A DNA stretch of 51,446 nucleotides from an uncultured Planctomycetia bacterium (lineage in GTDB: Bacteria; Omnitrophota; Gorgyraeia; JABMRJ01): positions 1 to 51,446 of the forward strand of contig CAZKWI010000002.1 in assembly GCA_964556455.1 (NCBI GenBank), written 5' to 3'. The position numbers and the translations under genes were made by a program. Shown in pieces: positions 1-9,568 of this stretch. The number at the start of each line of letters is the position of its first letter. Position 1 is the stretch's first letter. A model generated the notes under the pieces. It was not told where the DNA came from and ran no database searches. It saw nothing but the letters and a program-made list of their open reading frames with translations.

Positions 1-392
1 TCGGCCAACGTCTTGTCGCCTTCTAAGACGACTCCGATGTGTTTCGCCGGGCAATCTTTCAGGACGTCCGCCCTCAAGGTTGATTCATGCGGCCCGCCGG
101 CCACTATAGAAGGGCCTCCGGGATAGGCCTTTTTAACCGCCTCGATCAAGCGATAGGTGTTCTTATACATATAGGTCCATGTGGTCACCCCGACCAGGTC
201 AGGCCTGAAATCACTTATCCTCTTCAGCAGGTCCTTCAGTCTGTACCCCAGTGTCATATCCAGAATATCATATTCGACCCCGCAAAGACTTAAATACTGG
301 GCGAGATACCCGAGTCCTACGGGAGGGCGTATAGGCCCCATATAGGCTTTTGGAATATGCGGATTAACAAGCAATACTCTTTTGTATCTCAT
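1..392 (-). CDS. B12-binding-domain radical SAM protein, N-terminal fragment (gene continues past the left edge)
   Basis: Absent from the ORF track because it has no stop in the window. Reverse-complement translation from ATG (392..390) is open to position 3: MRYKRVLLVNPHIPKAYMGPIRPPVGLGYLAQYLSLCGVEYDILDM...RPDLVGVTTWTYMY...SIVAGGPHESTL. This is the same Rossmann-like N-terminal module (GGPH.T string) as the two complete B12-type radical SAM genes at 24024..25382 and 49313..50815. ATGA overlap with the stop of 389..1522. Confidence 0.6.
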   Translation of the reverse strand, partial: MRYKRVLLVNPHIPKAYMGPIRPPVGLGYLAQYLSLCGVEYDILDMTLGYRLKDLLKRISDFRPDLVGVTTWTYMYKNTYRLIEAVKKAYPGGPSIVAGGPHESTLRADVLKDCPAKHIGVVLEGDKTLA

Positions 393-1522
393 ATCAGCCG
401 GTTATATAACTCAACATGTTTTTGCGCGATATCGCCCCATGAGAACCGTTTTGAAAATATCCTGGCGTTCCCGCCTATCTTCTCCTTCAGTTCTTTAGAG
501 ACGATCAGCTCCTTTACGGCATCCGCGAGCCCTTTAACATCCCCTACGGAGACCGCTATTATATTATAGCGGTCTTTAAGCCCTTCGGGTAAATTTCCGG
601 ATCTTGTCGTAACTATCGGCAGTCCATGGACCAGAGGCGCCATGAAACTTCCGCGCTTGAAAGAGACGCCGTCTTGATATATCTGAACGGCTATTTCGGA
701 AGAAGAGAGGCATCCGGATACTGCCTTTTGATCGCGATACCCCGCCCAGATAACGTCTCTTTCCAGATCAAGATCAGTGACTATTTTCTTCAGGCGCGCA
801 TGGTAGCTGTTTCTCTCGGGATCAAATTCGCTTATCATGGCCAGCTTGACCCTATGCCCTTCATCCAGTAAAAGCCTAAGGGCGTGAAATAGAGCCTCCA
901 GGCGCTTTTTTTTAAGGATATAGCCAAAATGGGCGATCAGGACCTCTCCGTCTTTCACGCCAAGGCCGGAACGGATCCGGCCTTTTTCGGCCTCGCTGAA
1001 TAAAAAAGTCTTTATATTCGCCCCTATGCGAACCACCTCGAGCTTAGAGGATAATTTCGGGAATATCTTAAGCAGCCATCTTCTCTCTTCTTCGTCAGTT
1101 AGAATGATCTTCCCGGCAAAGAATAAGAACGTGAGCAGCCGCAGTTTATTTAACGGGTTTGCTGTCTTTACATCATGTATGGTGACAACGAGCGGGATAC
1201 GCGGGTTAGCCATGCCGAAGATGAGGGGAAAGATATTTATCGCCGCCCTGTTCTTATAGGCCTGGGTCGGGTACTGCAGATGGACCAGATCCGGCCTCTT
1301 GGCCTTTATCGACCTTAACAATAGCGGGAGATTTAAAAGGCTCCACTTCTTTATTACAGGATCGACCCTGAAATTTTCATCTCTTATCACCTGAGAGTTC
1401 ATGGAGGTTATAATATCCAATTCCACGCCGAGCCTTTTCAGTTCAACGGATAAACGGTATGTATAATCCCCGACCCCGCATCTCATACCCGGGAATGTGC
1501 CGCTGACCATGCAGACCCTCAT
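389..1522 (-). CDS. GT4-family glycosyltransferase
   Basis: 377 aa. N-terminus MRVCMVSGTFPG..GVGDYTYRL; C-terminal Glycos_transf_1-like part (..RGSFMAPLVHGLPIVTT..). By eye a paralogue of the C-terminal module of the 1077-aa fusion at 4104..7337 (shared GDYT, I.KW, P.NKLR, K.FSW...ELYN strings). Confidence 0.85.
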   Translation of the reverse strand: MRVCMVSGTFPGMRCGVGDYTYRLSVELKRLGVELDIITSMNSQVIRDENFRVDPVIKKWSLLNLPLLLRSIKAKRPDLVHLQYPTQAYKNRAAINIFPLIFGMANPRIPLVVTIHDVKTANPLNKLRLLTFLFFAGKIILTDEEERRWLLKIFPKLSSKLEVVRIGANIKTFLFSEAEKGRIRSGLGVKDGEVLIAHFGYILKKKRLEALFHALRLLLDEGHRVKLAMISEFDPERNSYHARLKKIVTDLDLERDVIWAGYRDQKAVSGCLSSSEIAVQIYQDGVSFKRGSFMAPLVHGLPIVTTRSGNLPEGLKDRYNIIAVSVGDVKGLADAVKELIVSKELKEKIGGNARIFSKRFSWGDIAQKHVELYNRLI

Positions 1523-2658
1523 GATCCTCCCTGCCTGTTTAAGTGCTCTGAAACCCCGCTCAGGACATCTTCAACGCCTATATCTTCTAACGGTTTGTCT
1601 ATTATGATGGCTTCTTCCGACAGCGGCCTCCAAAGGCTCGGCCTGCTCCGGCCGCTCCATATCGCTATTATAGGCGCGCCTGCCGCAGATGCAAAGTGCA
1701 TCAAACCCGAATTTGCGCCTATAAACAAGCGGCATCTTTTCAATAGGGCCATTAACTGTTTAATGCTGGTACGGCCTATCGCGTTTACCAGGTCAGCGTG
1801 TCCCGAGGCGGCGATCTTATCGCCCAAATGGGTCTCCTGCGGGCCACCGACCAATATTATTTTTACCTTATGCGTCTTTAATATCTTACCCACCAGCAGA
1901 TCGAACTTCTCCACGGGCCAGGATTTACTGGGCAGACCGGTTCCCGGCTGAATGGCGATCAAAAAATCCTCTTTGGTTATGGAATTGGCCCTGAGATATC
2001 CATCTATGTATCTCTGGTCGGCGTCAGAGAAATAGACCGCCATTCTTCTGTCTATGCCGTCGATCTTTTTTCCGGGGCCTGCCGCCTTTACCAGATCTAT
2101 ATTGTGGTCTATCTGATGCCGGTCCTGCCTTTTTTCAACATCAAAGGGGACTACTTTGCTTAACAGGAACCCCCCGCCGGTAAAACCATAGCCGACCCTG
2201 TATTTTATCCTGCCCAGCCACATAAGAAGGATCACCCTTACATCACACCTCATATCTATGCCCAGATCGAAACTGCCCCGGCGTAAAGTCCGGATAAAAC
2301 CAAGTGTCTCTTTTAGAGAAAAGTGCTTCTTTTCTATACGGTCGAACCAGGAGGCCCGGTAGCGGACCACCTCGTCTATGTCCGGGTTTCCGGTAATTAT
2401 ATCCTCGCTCCACGGGCTGACCACAACGGCTATGTGGGCACCCGGGAATTTCTTTCTGAGCAGCCGGATCGCAGGCGTGGCCACCAGGACATCGCCGAGG
2501 TGGGCCAGTTCTATAACGGCTATCCTTTTAACTTCACCTCCGGGCTCAACTCCGCGCGGCAGGATAGCCTTGAATATATTAAAGATAAAATAACCTGCTG
2601 CGTCTATCAGGCCGAATAAGAACGCGTATCTTTTCTTAACATAGGCATATCTTCGCAT
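1519..2658 (-). CDS. GT9-family glycosyltransferase (heptosyltransferase-like)
   Basis: 379 aa. IAVIELAHLGDVLVATPAIRLLRKKFPGAHIAVVV plus the C-terminal IGANSGLMHFASAAGAPIIAIW are the typical GT9 (RfaF/WaaC-type) strings. 4-nt overlaps on both sides. Confidence 0.8.
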   Translation of the reverse strand: MRRYAYVKKRYAFLFGLIDAAGYFIFNIFKAILPRGVEPGGEVKRIAVIELAHLGDVLVATPAIRLLRKKFPGAHIAVVVSPWSEDIITGNPDIDEVVRYRASWFDRIEKKHFSLKETLGFIRTLRRGSFDLGIDMRCDVRVILLMWLGRIKYRVGYGFTGGGFLLSKVVPFDVEKRQDRHQIDHNIDLVKAAGPGKKIDGIDRRMAVYFSDADQRYIDGYLRANSITKEDFLIAIQPGTGLPSKSWPVEKFDLLVGKILKTHKVKIILVGGPQETHLGDKIAASGHADLVNAIGRTSIKQLMALLKRCRLFIGANSGLMHFASAAGAPIIAIWSGRSRPSLWRPLSEEAIIIDKPLEDIGVEDVLSGVSEHLNRQGGS

Positions 2659-4107
2659 CTATCTCTTCTCCTCATCTCCCATATACGCCAGCCTGATCGC
2701 AGCCATGGCCATACCTAAAGGGGCCCAAATATAGATTCTGTAAAAATTGAAAGAGGCCATGTACTCTACCAAAAGCACTATAAAACCGACTATGAATGCC
2801 CCCAGGACAGCCTGTAAAAAACTATCCCTGGTCTTCTTAATAGCCGTGCAAAGTTTTCTGAAGAGAGTGATAAATATAAACGCGAAGGGGATAAATCCAA
2901 CTATACCCGTATCCAATAAGATCTCAAGATAGAGGTTATTGAAAGACGGTTTTTTTCCTGTTAAAACCTCTATTTCAGTTATAAATTGTCTGCCGAACCA
3001 ATCCCAGTTGCCCGGACCAACTCCAATGATGAAGTTCTTGCGTAATAACTCGAGGCCGAGCAGCATCCCGGAGCGTCTTGCCCCGGGAGTAAAAACCTTA
3101 GCCATGGTACCGGTCGTTACCGCCAAGAAATCCGGACTAAAGATCGTCCAGAATAAAAATATGATAACGCCGGTTATCGCGAAGATAAGCGCGTATCTCA
3201 TAGTCTCTCTAAAATTCAATAAGCCGTAGTGACGGATAAGAAGCGGGATCAGAATCACCATCATTATCAGGCCCACCATACCAGATGTCGAAAATATAAA
3301 GATATTGGTGATAAAAAGGACAAAAACGGTAAGGGGAGGGGAGAAAAACCCGAAGCGGCGTATCTTGAACATAAAAGTCGTAACGGCGATCGGCAATACC
3401 AAGCTCATATAATGGGCGAAATAATTCGGCTCGTCGAAAGTGCCCCTCATCCTCACAAAACCGCCCGGAGTCCCTACCAGTCTCCAGGTCAGGGCCTTTA
3501 TACCCAATAAAAACCCGACCAGGCCGATCAATGAATAAATGCAGGCTATGACGGTAGAGAATAAGAGGACCTTCACGCAGTTTCTAAGCATCTGTCTTGT
3601 CTTTATTGCGGAAGCGACCGTGACCGCTATAAGAGCTGAATAGACCATCCACAGTGTTACTTTTATACTCCTTAATCCCGGAGAATTAAACCCGCCTTCC
3701 TTACCGAGGTCCGCGACTGCGGGATAGTGAACAAGGAAAATAATAACGCTGATAACAACAAAAATACCGATAGGCAACATTACGGGAGACGGTGAAAATG
3801 TCTCCCTGGGCCGTATGGCAAATTTGACCAGGAAGCCTAAAATGCATATCAGGGCCATGAAGTCGCTTATCTTCAAGGTGACGCCAAGCCATTCATACGT
3901 AAAAACACCGAAATATGGGAGAGTGAATATCAAAATATATACACCGTAGATGAGTCTATAAGCCGCAAGAATTACGATGGCGGGAATCAGTACAAGAAGG
4001 GCGGATTTTAACCCCATCCCTGTGTATGCAAGACCTAATATCAGCCCGATCGTACAGATAGAAATGAGCAAAAGAAGCGATTTCAGATTGCCTTCTCCTG
4101 AGATCAT
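2659..4107 (-). CDS. O-antigen ligase/polymerase-family polytopic membrane protein (Wzy_C-like)
   Basis: 482 aa with about 10-12 hydrophobic segments. RMRGTFDEPNYFAHYMSLVLPIA and NNLYLEILLDTGIVGF resemble the Wzy_C loop and HN.yL motifs. Ligase versus polymerase cannot be told from sequence alone. Confidence 0.75.
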   Translation of the reverse strand: MISGEGNLKSLLLLISICTIGLILGLAYTGMGLKSALLVLIPAIVILAAYRLIYGVYILIFTLPYFGVFTYEWLGVTLKISDFMALICILGFLVKFAIRPRETFSPSPVMLPIGIFVVISVIIFLVHYPAVADLGKEGGFNSPGLRSIKVTLWMVYSALIAVTVASAIKTRQMLRNCVKVLLFSTVIACIYSLIGLVGFLLGIKALTWRLVGTPGGFVRMRGTFDEPNYFAHYMSLVLPIAVTTFMFKIRRFGFFSPPLTVFVLFITNIFIFSTSGMVGLIMMVILIPLLIRHYGLLNFRETMRYALIFAITGVIIFLFWTIFSPDFLAVTTGTMAKVFTPGARRSGMLLGLELLRKNFIIGVGPGNWDWFGRQFITEIEVLTGKKPSFNNLYLEILLDTGIVGFIPFAFIFITLFRKLCTAIKKTRDSFLQAVLGAFIVGFIVLLVEYMASFNFYRIYIWAPLGMAMAAIRLAYMGDEEKR

Positions 4108-7100
4108 CTGGCCTTTACCTCCAGCAAAAGGTTATTATACAACTCAATGTGTCCCGCTGTTATTTTTTCCCATGAGAACTTTTTTGAAAGCTGCCTGGCG
4201 GCCGATCCTATTCTTCTCCGCAGCCCGCTGTCTTCTGCCAGGAGGTTTATCGCTTCTCTTAAGGCCTTGCTGTCTTTTGCCGGAACTAAAAATATATTGG
4301 AGCGGTCGATAAATTCTTCCGGTACATGCCTTTCCGGCCTGGTGGTAATTACGGGGAGGCCATGGACAAAAGCGGCCATCAATGTCCCCCGTCGCAGAGT
4401 TGCGCCGTCGAGAAACGGCAAGACGCAGACATCCGATATAGATAAAAATCCGGAAACCTCCCTGCCGCTGCGATAACCGGTCAAATACACAGAATCTTTG
4501 ATATCCAGAGAATCGATCATATCCTGAATCCGCTTGTGGTATGGATCCGCGCCGGCGTTCAGCTCGGCGATAAGGACCAGGAAGACGGGAGGCTTTATAT
4601 TTTTTAATTCAGCCATCGCTCTAAGCAATGTCTCCAATCCTTTATTCCTGTGAATGACCCCGAAGAAAGATATGACGCGCGTTTTCGGATCTAATTTGAA
4701 TCTTTTTAAAAAGGCTTCTTTTCCGGCCGCATTTTGGGGGCAGGGATCGATATTCGACCCTATGGGTATAGTCGCCAGCTTTTTCTTTAACAAAAATCTT
4801 CCCGGTCCCTTTGAGAGCTGATCGAATCCTCCAGCATCTGTAACTACGACCCTGTCGCTAAACAACCCTATGAGCAGCTGCCTCAACTTATTTACCGGAT
4901 AGGAGATGGAAAACTCGTGAAGAGTGACAACGACCTTTGTGGAGGGTGAAAGAATTTTCACAAAAAGCGGGAGCAGGCTTAGAGATACAGTGCGGCGATA
5001 TCTGCTTGAGGGGAATTGCATATGAAAAAGATCGAATCTCTTCTTTTTTATCAGCCTTAAAATATTCACGGCCCCGATCAGATCCCATTTCCGGATCACA
5101 GGAAATATATTAAGGCCGCCTTGACGCCCGGCTTCATCAATAACCCCTTTCTCCCGGCTGGTGATCAAATCGATCTGAAGCCCTTCCCCCTTTAAATATG
5201 ACAAGAGTTTAGCGGTATAATCGCCGATCCCATCATTAATGGGCGGGTAAGCCCCGCTCACGAAACATATCTTCCTGGCCCCTTTTTCATAACATACAAA
5301 GATACCGCTGGCATCGTCAAATGAAGAAAATATCTCAAGGACCTTATCAACCATAACCACGGCCAGCTCTACACAGCGATCGATATATTTCATTCTTCTG
5401 ATGATCCTGCACGCCAGAACCAAAATAGACACAACCGTGGATCTCTCTTTATATTCATTGTCAAAACGCTTTAGATATTCTTTAGGGTATCTTAAAAACG
5501 TTGACGCGCTCTTCTTCTCTGCAATAGGCAAAAGACCCCTGCTCCTAAATCTCTTAATGGTCCTCCCCGGAGATTCCAATCCGCAATGACCGTCGAGGGT
5601 TATAAAATACCTTTGGTATAAGTCAGGGTGTTTCCTGGCAAAGGTCTCCAGCATATTATTGCCGGCCGTCTCAACATAATGAAGCATCCTGCCGCCCTTC
5701 TTAAGTACCCTGCACATCTCCGATATCGCCCTGTTTTTCTCCTCCGGCAGTATATGCCCCAAAAAATCCCAGCTTACCACAAAGTCAAAAGTTTCGTCTT
5801 TAAAAGGGAGCTGCGTAACATCACCCTGGGCCACGACATCATAGACCTCTTTAGCTTCTAGAAGCGAGCCCAGGTTTAAATCTATCCCGGCGGTTTCGCA
5901 CAAGCGGGCATAAAAGGTATTCCCCCCTCCGCAGCCCACATCCAAAAGTTTCTTGCCCGGAGTCAGGTGCCTCCTAAAAAACCTGATCATGGGACTCGCA
6001 ATAAAAATCGCCCTTGAGGCCGGCGTATCTTCGTACCGGTGGGTATGAAAAGGCCGGGTCTCATAAAAAGGGCTCCTGCTGGCAAAGACGGGAACGCCGT
6101 TAATAATTGAAAACACTTGCTGGCACTCTTCGCAGCGCAGTTTCGTCTCTCTTTTTACCAACGGCGATTTGCAGCCTGGGCAGCGGAGCTCCGTTCTCCT
6201 GCCGGCTAAACTTCTGTAAACCTCGTATGTCTCTTTCACTACCGAGCCGGTGGTGTAGCGGCTTAATACCCTCTCCCTGCCTTTTAGGGCCAGGCTCGTC
6301 CTCAGCTCTCTATCCAATATCAATCTCTGCAGCTCCTTCCTCAGTTCGCCTTCGTCGGCTTCTTTAAAGACCGATCCTCCGTCCCCGATAACATTTGGTA
6401 TTTCGCCGCAGGTTGAGCCGACCACCGGCACTTCACAAGCCATAGCCTCCACCAGCACCCTTCCGAACTGCTCTTTCCAGTTGGGGGTTTGCTCGGACGG
6501 AAGAACCAGAATATCCATGCAGTTTATATACAGGGGGGCTTCACTATGACCTATGCTGCCGGTGAAAAGAGTTCTATCCTTGATTCCCAACTCAGCCGCA
6601 ATGTTCATTAGGGCTCTTTTTTGAGGCCCGTCACCGATGATCAGGAGCTGGCAATCACCCTTTAACCCGGCCGCCGCTCTTAATAAAGTCCGGACCCCTT
6701 TTGCCTCCACCAGCCTGCCGAGATAGCCTATGACAGGCGAGCTTAGCCCCAGTTTTTTCTTCAGGTCTTTTACGTCCATCTTTTTAAATTCTTCCGGGTC
6801 AACGCCGAATTGAGGTAAGACCTTTATCTTTCGTCGAAAGCCCCGTTCCATAAGGATCTTTTCGCCTTCTTTATTACCGGCGATTATATAATCCGCGTTC
6901 TTCAGGGTATATCTTTCAAAAAACGGGTAAAATAAAAATCTGGGGTCAGGGAACCTCCAGGCCTGGCGCATATTCTGCCATGTAAAAAGGATGACCTTGC
7001 CGCGCAATTTCATCCTGTTCTTTAACCAGACAGCCTGAAAGGCCGACGCGCTGTTCGGCTCTTCTTCAACATGGATGATATCCGGATCTATCCTCTTCAG

Positions 7101-7337
7101 GTGCCCGGCTAAATTCAGATAAAAATGGATGAACTGCTTTCCCGTAAACAGGGTCGGCAGAGCCAGGACCGTGAATTTTAAATCCTTTTTCGTTTTTAAT
7201 TCTACTCTCCCGGCTTCCTCTCTCCACCATCGCGGGACGATGAGAAACAGTTCTATATCGCCTTTATCGGCGAGTGCCCTCAGCTTCTTTTGATGGGCGA
7301 GACTGACACAGGCATGGGAAATAAAGGCCGCCTTCAT
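4104..7337 (-). CDS. Three-module fusion: GT4 glycosyltransferase, Zn-ribbon/class-I SAM methyltransferase, GT4 glycosyltransferase
   Basis: 1077 aa. aa 1-377 is GT4 (..EQFGRVLVEAMACEVPVVGSTCGEIPNVI..). aa 386-405 is a CPGC...CEEC Trm112-like Zn ribbon. aa ~455-560 is the SAM motif LLDVGCGGGN ... RVLKKGGRML. aa ~688-1077 is a second GT4 (..DGIGDYTAKL.., ..MAAFVHGLPVITT..). Confidence 0.85.
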   Translation of the reverse strand: MKAAFISHACVSLAHQKKLRALADKGDIELFLIVPRWWREEAGRVELKTKKDLKFTVLALPTLFTGKQFIHFYLNLAGHLKRIDPDIIHVEEEPNSASAFQAVWLKNRMKLRGKVILFTWQNMRQAWRFPDPRFLFYPFFERYTLKNADYIIAGNKEGEKILMERGFRRKIKVLPQFGVDPEEFKKMDVKDLKKKLGLSSPVIGYLGRLVEAKGVRTLLRAAAGLKGDCQLLIIGDGPQKRALMNIAAELGIKDRTLFTGSIGHSEAPLYINCMDILVLPSEQTPNWKEQFGRVLVEAMACEVPVVGSTCGEIPNVIGDGGSVFKEADEGELRKELQRLILDRELRTSLALKGRERVLSRYTTGSVVKETYEVYRSLAGRRTELRCPGCKSPLVKRETKLRCEECQQVFSIINGVPVFASRSPFYETRPFHTHRYEDTPASRAIFIASPMIRFFRRHLTPGKKLLDVGCGGGNTFYARLCETAGIDLNLGSLLEAKEVYDVVAQGDVTQLPFKDETFDFVVSWDFLGHILPEEKNRAISEMCRVLKKGGRMLHYVETAGNNMLETFARKHPDLYQRYFITLDGHCGLESPGRTIKRFRSRGLLPIAEKKSASTFLRYPKEYLKRFDNEYKERSTVVSILVLACRIIRRMKYIDRCVELAVVMVDKVLEIFSSFDDASGIFVCYEKGARKICFVSGAYPPINDGIGDYTAKLLSYLKGEGLQIDLITSREKGVIDEAGRQGGLNIFPVIRKWDLIGAVNILRLIKKKRFDLFHMQFPSSRYRRTVSLSLLPLFVKILSPSTKVVVTLHEFSISYPVNKLRQLLIGLFSDRVVVTDAGGFDQLSKGPGRFLLKKKLATIPIGSNIDPCPQNAAGKEAFLKRFKLDPKTRVISFFGVIHRNKGLETLLRAMAELKNIKPPVFLVLIAELNAGADPYHKRIQDMIDSLDIKDSVYLTGYRSGREVSGFLSISDVCVLPFLDGATLRRGTLMAAFVHGLPVITTRPERHVPEEFIDRSNIFLVPAKDSKALREAINLLAEDSGLRRRIGSAARQLSKKFSWEKITAGHIELYNNLLLEVKAR

Positions 7338-7383
7338 ATCAAAAGGCCCTCCCGGGCGTGACTTTCATATGCTGATGCCATTT

Positions 7384-8334
7384 TCACTCTTTATCTCCCG
7401 GCTCCCCATTCCCGGCGCAAACCGATATCTCGGGAGCCATATATATACCCATGGACCTGAAGGCTATCCTGGCCATAAGCCCGTATGCCTTCCGCAGACG
7501 ATCGCGTATGAACCTTCCCTGATACTTTTTAAAACTGCAGAAGTCGAATTCCACATTATCCCGGAACCCGGCTTCCAGCAGCATCTTTCTGAGGGTGCGG
7601 GGCGTAAAATGATTTATGTGGTATGGCAGCGCTAACTCGTTGGCCTCGAAAGGGGTCCCCGGGTAGTTATTTTTATAATATTTCAGGAAAGGCAGTATGG
7701 CTACAATTTTGGCTTTTATAAGATAAACGGCGGTGTTGGGGGTTGTCATAAAGAAGAGGCCGTCTTTTTTTAACACCCTGCGGACCTCTATCAGGTCTTC
7801 GAGCGGGTCCGTAAGATGCTCCAGGACATCGAACATGGTAATAATATCAAAGGACCCGGCCGGAAAGCGCGCCTCTTTGACGGTCGTGTTTAAAACCTCG
7901 AGTCCCGATCTCTCTTTCGCGTATGTTGCCGCCGGCTTTGATATATCGACCCCGCGAACATCATAACCGGCTTTTCTCGCCAGGGTCAGGAAAATGCCGT
8001 AATTACAGCCTATGTCCAGCAGCTTCCCGGACGCTTTATGCCTCTTTATCGAACGCAGCCTGTCATCAAGAAAGGGCCTGGTGCCTTCCTCAAATCCCCT
8101 GACTGTCTTTTCCATGTCCTCCGCGGGGTATTTATATTTATCGTCGTAAATTTTTGAAAGCGCTGAAGCGCCGGGGACCAGGTCCATATACATGCATTCG
8201 CAGCTGCTGCATTTTAATATAGTTAAACCGCCTGTCCGATAGGCGATCCGCCCCGCCCTGCCATTGCACAACGGGCAGTTTCTTTTCTCCATGTCCATTA
8301 TAACGCTCCGGTTATTTATGCATAACTGCGTCAA
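7384..8334 (-). CDS. Class-I SAM methyltransferase with N-terminal Zn ribbon
   Basis: CPLCNG...CSSCE ribbon, then LLDIGCNYGIFL (motif I) and DVLEHLTDPLEDLIEVRRVLKKDGLFF. The likely true start is M13 (8298), which removes the overlap with 8312..9568. Paralogue of the C-terminal half of 11530..13635. Confidence 0.8.
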   Translation of the reverse strand: MTQLCINNRSVIMDMEKRNCPLCNGRAGRIAYRTGGLTILKCSSCECMYMDLVPGASALSKIYDDKYKYPAEDMEKTVRGFEEGTRPFLDDRLRSIKRHKASGKLLDIGCNYGIFLTLARKAGYDVRGVDISKPAATYAKERSGLEVLNTTVKEARFPAGSFDIITMFDVLEHLTDPLEDLIEVRRVLKKDGLFFMTTPNTAVYLIKAKIVAILPFLKYYKNNYPGTPFEANELALPYHINHFTPRTLRKMLLEAGFRDNVEFDFCSFKKYQGRFIRDRLRKAYGLMARIAFRSMGIYMAPEISVCAGNGEPGDKE

Positions 8335-9568
8335 AGAATATTTTCTCTGTTCCCGCCACGCTTCTATCCCAGGTGTAATTGTCCAGGATAAACTGACGGC
8401 ATCTCCCCCGGATAGCCTTTAGCATTCGGGAATCCCCTAAAACAGACGATATCAGCCGGGCTATGGATCCGGGGTCTGTTCCTTTAAACAGTAAATTCCC
8501 ATCGAGCCTGCCCAAGATATCTACGGTGCCTCCGATAGGGGTCCCCAAAACCGGGGTGCCGCAGGAGAGGGCCTCTAATGTCACCATGCCGAATCCCTCA
8601 AGGGCCATGCTGGGAAGAATGAACAGGTCGGCCGCCTGATAATATAAAGGTGCTTTATCTTCGTCGATATAGCCAAGAAGCTTAACGGAACCCTCTAAAT
8701 TTAAATCCTTTATTAACCGTCTCAACCCTGACTTCATGGGGCCCTCTCCGCCTATCAGCAGGAAAAGGCCGGGGCGTTCCGCCAGGACCGCGGGCATGGC
8801 CTTTATTAAGTTGTCCAGGCCCATACGCGGAACCAGTCTCCGCAGGGTAAAGAGTACCCGCCCGGTTTTTGAAATATTCAATATCTCTCTGACCTTATTC
8901 TTATCCGGCGCAGGCCTGAACGAATCTATATCAACACCGCCCGGTATTTGCGCTATCTTTTCAGATGAGATCCCATGAATATCAATAACGGACTTTGCCG
9001 TGAAGTCCGATAAAGTTATTACCTTACCGCAATTTGTCAAAGCCTTTCTCTCGAGCCGCCTCATCAGCCAAAGATAGACGGGAAGCCACAGAGGTCTTAG
9101 GTATTTTCTCCAATCGTACCAGGTATAATTTTTGCCGCGGGACGCCAATAGGCCCTCCGCATACTGGAGCGCGTGAAAGGTGTAAACCTTAGGCATGGCT
9201 CTGCTCTTCACCGATAGATTTACGCCGAATGCGGCCTGCGGCGAATGGAGGTTTATAAGGTCAAAAGAATGATCTTTCATCAGATCATTGAATTCCTTAT
9301 ATATGTTGATGACGCAGGAAAGCTGCGTAGGCAGGGTAAATCCGTAATTCTTAAATCCATAGCGGTAAACCATTATGCCGTTCAGATCTTCCCGGCGAGG
9401 CAGACTATTATCTGCCCGTCGGGTCAAGATACAGACCTTGTGCCCTTTAACAGATAATCCCTTTGCTACCTGATAAACATAGGTATGCACTCCGCCCGTT
9501 CTATCCGGGAATATCTCCTCAACTACGAACAATATTTTAAGCCTTCTGGCTGTAATCCCTGAAACCAT
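8312..9568 (-). CDS. GT4-family glycosyltransferase
   Basis: 418 aa. KILFVVEEIFPDRTGGVHTYVYQVAKGL and LPSMALEGFGMVTLEALSCGTPVLGTPIGG (E-x7-E region). Confidence 0.85.
   Translation of the reverse strand: MVSGITARRLKILFVVEEIFPDRTGGVHTYVYQVAKGLSVKGHKVCILTRRADNSLPRREDLNGIMVYRYGFKNYGFTLPTQLSCVINIYKEFNDLMKDHSFDLINLHSPQAAFGVNLSVKSRAMPKVYTFHALQYAEGLLASRGKNYTWYDWRKYLRPLWLPVYLWLMRRLERKALTNCGKVITLSDFTAKSVIDIHGISSEKIAQIPGGVDIDSFRPAPDKNKVREILNISKTGRVLFTLRRLVPRMGLDNLIKAMPAVLAERPGLFLLIGGEGPMKSGLRRLIKDLNLEGSVKLLGYIDEDKAPLYYQAADLFILPSMALEGFGMVTLEALSCGTPVLGTPIGGTVDILGRLDGNLLFKGTDPGSIARLISSVLGDSRMLKAIRGRCRQFILDNYTWDRSVAGTEKIFFDAVMHK

Noticed and set aside
87-293. 68-aa plus-strand ORF at the left edge, the only ORF the track offers for the first 350 nt
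   Set aside because: It is antisense to an uninterrupted minus-strand frame (1..392). That frame encodes a recognisable B12-type radical-SAM N-terminus and is ATGA-coupled to the next gene, so the plus ORF is a shadow ORF.
3701-3892. Short minus-strand ORFs nested in alternative frames of larger genes
   Set aside because: This applies equally to 4888..5088, 15893..16114, 17261..17443, 20925..21149, 27153..27368 and 29678..29986. All lie entirely inside well-supported CDSs, show Arg/Gly/Pro-biased composition typical of off-frame translation, and have no independent start signals.
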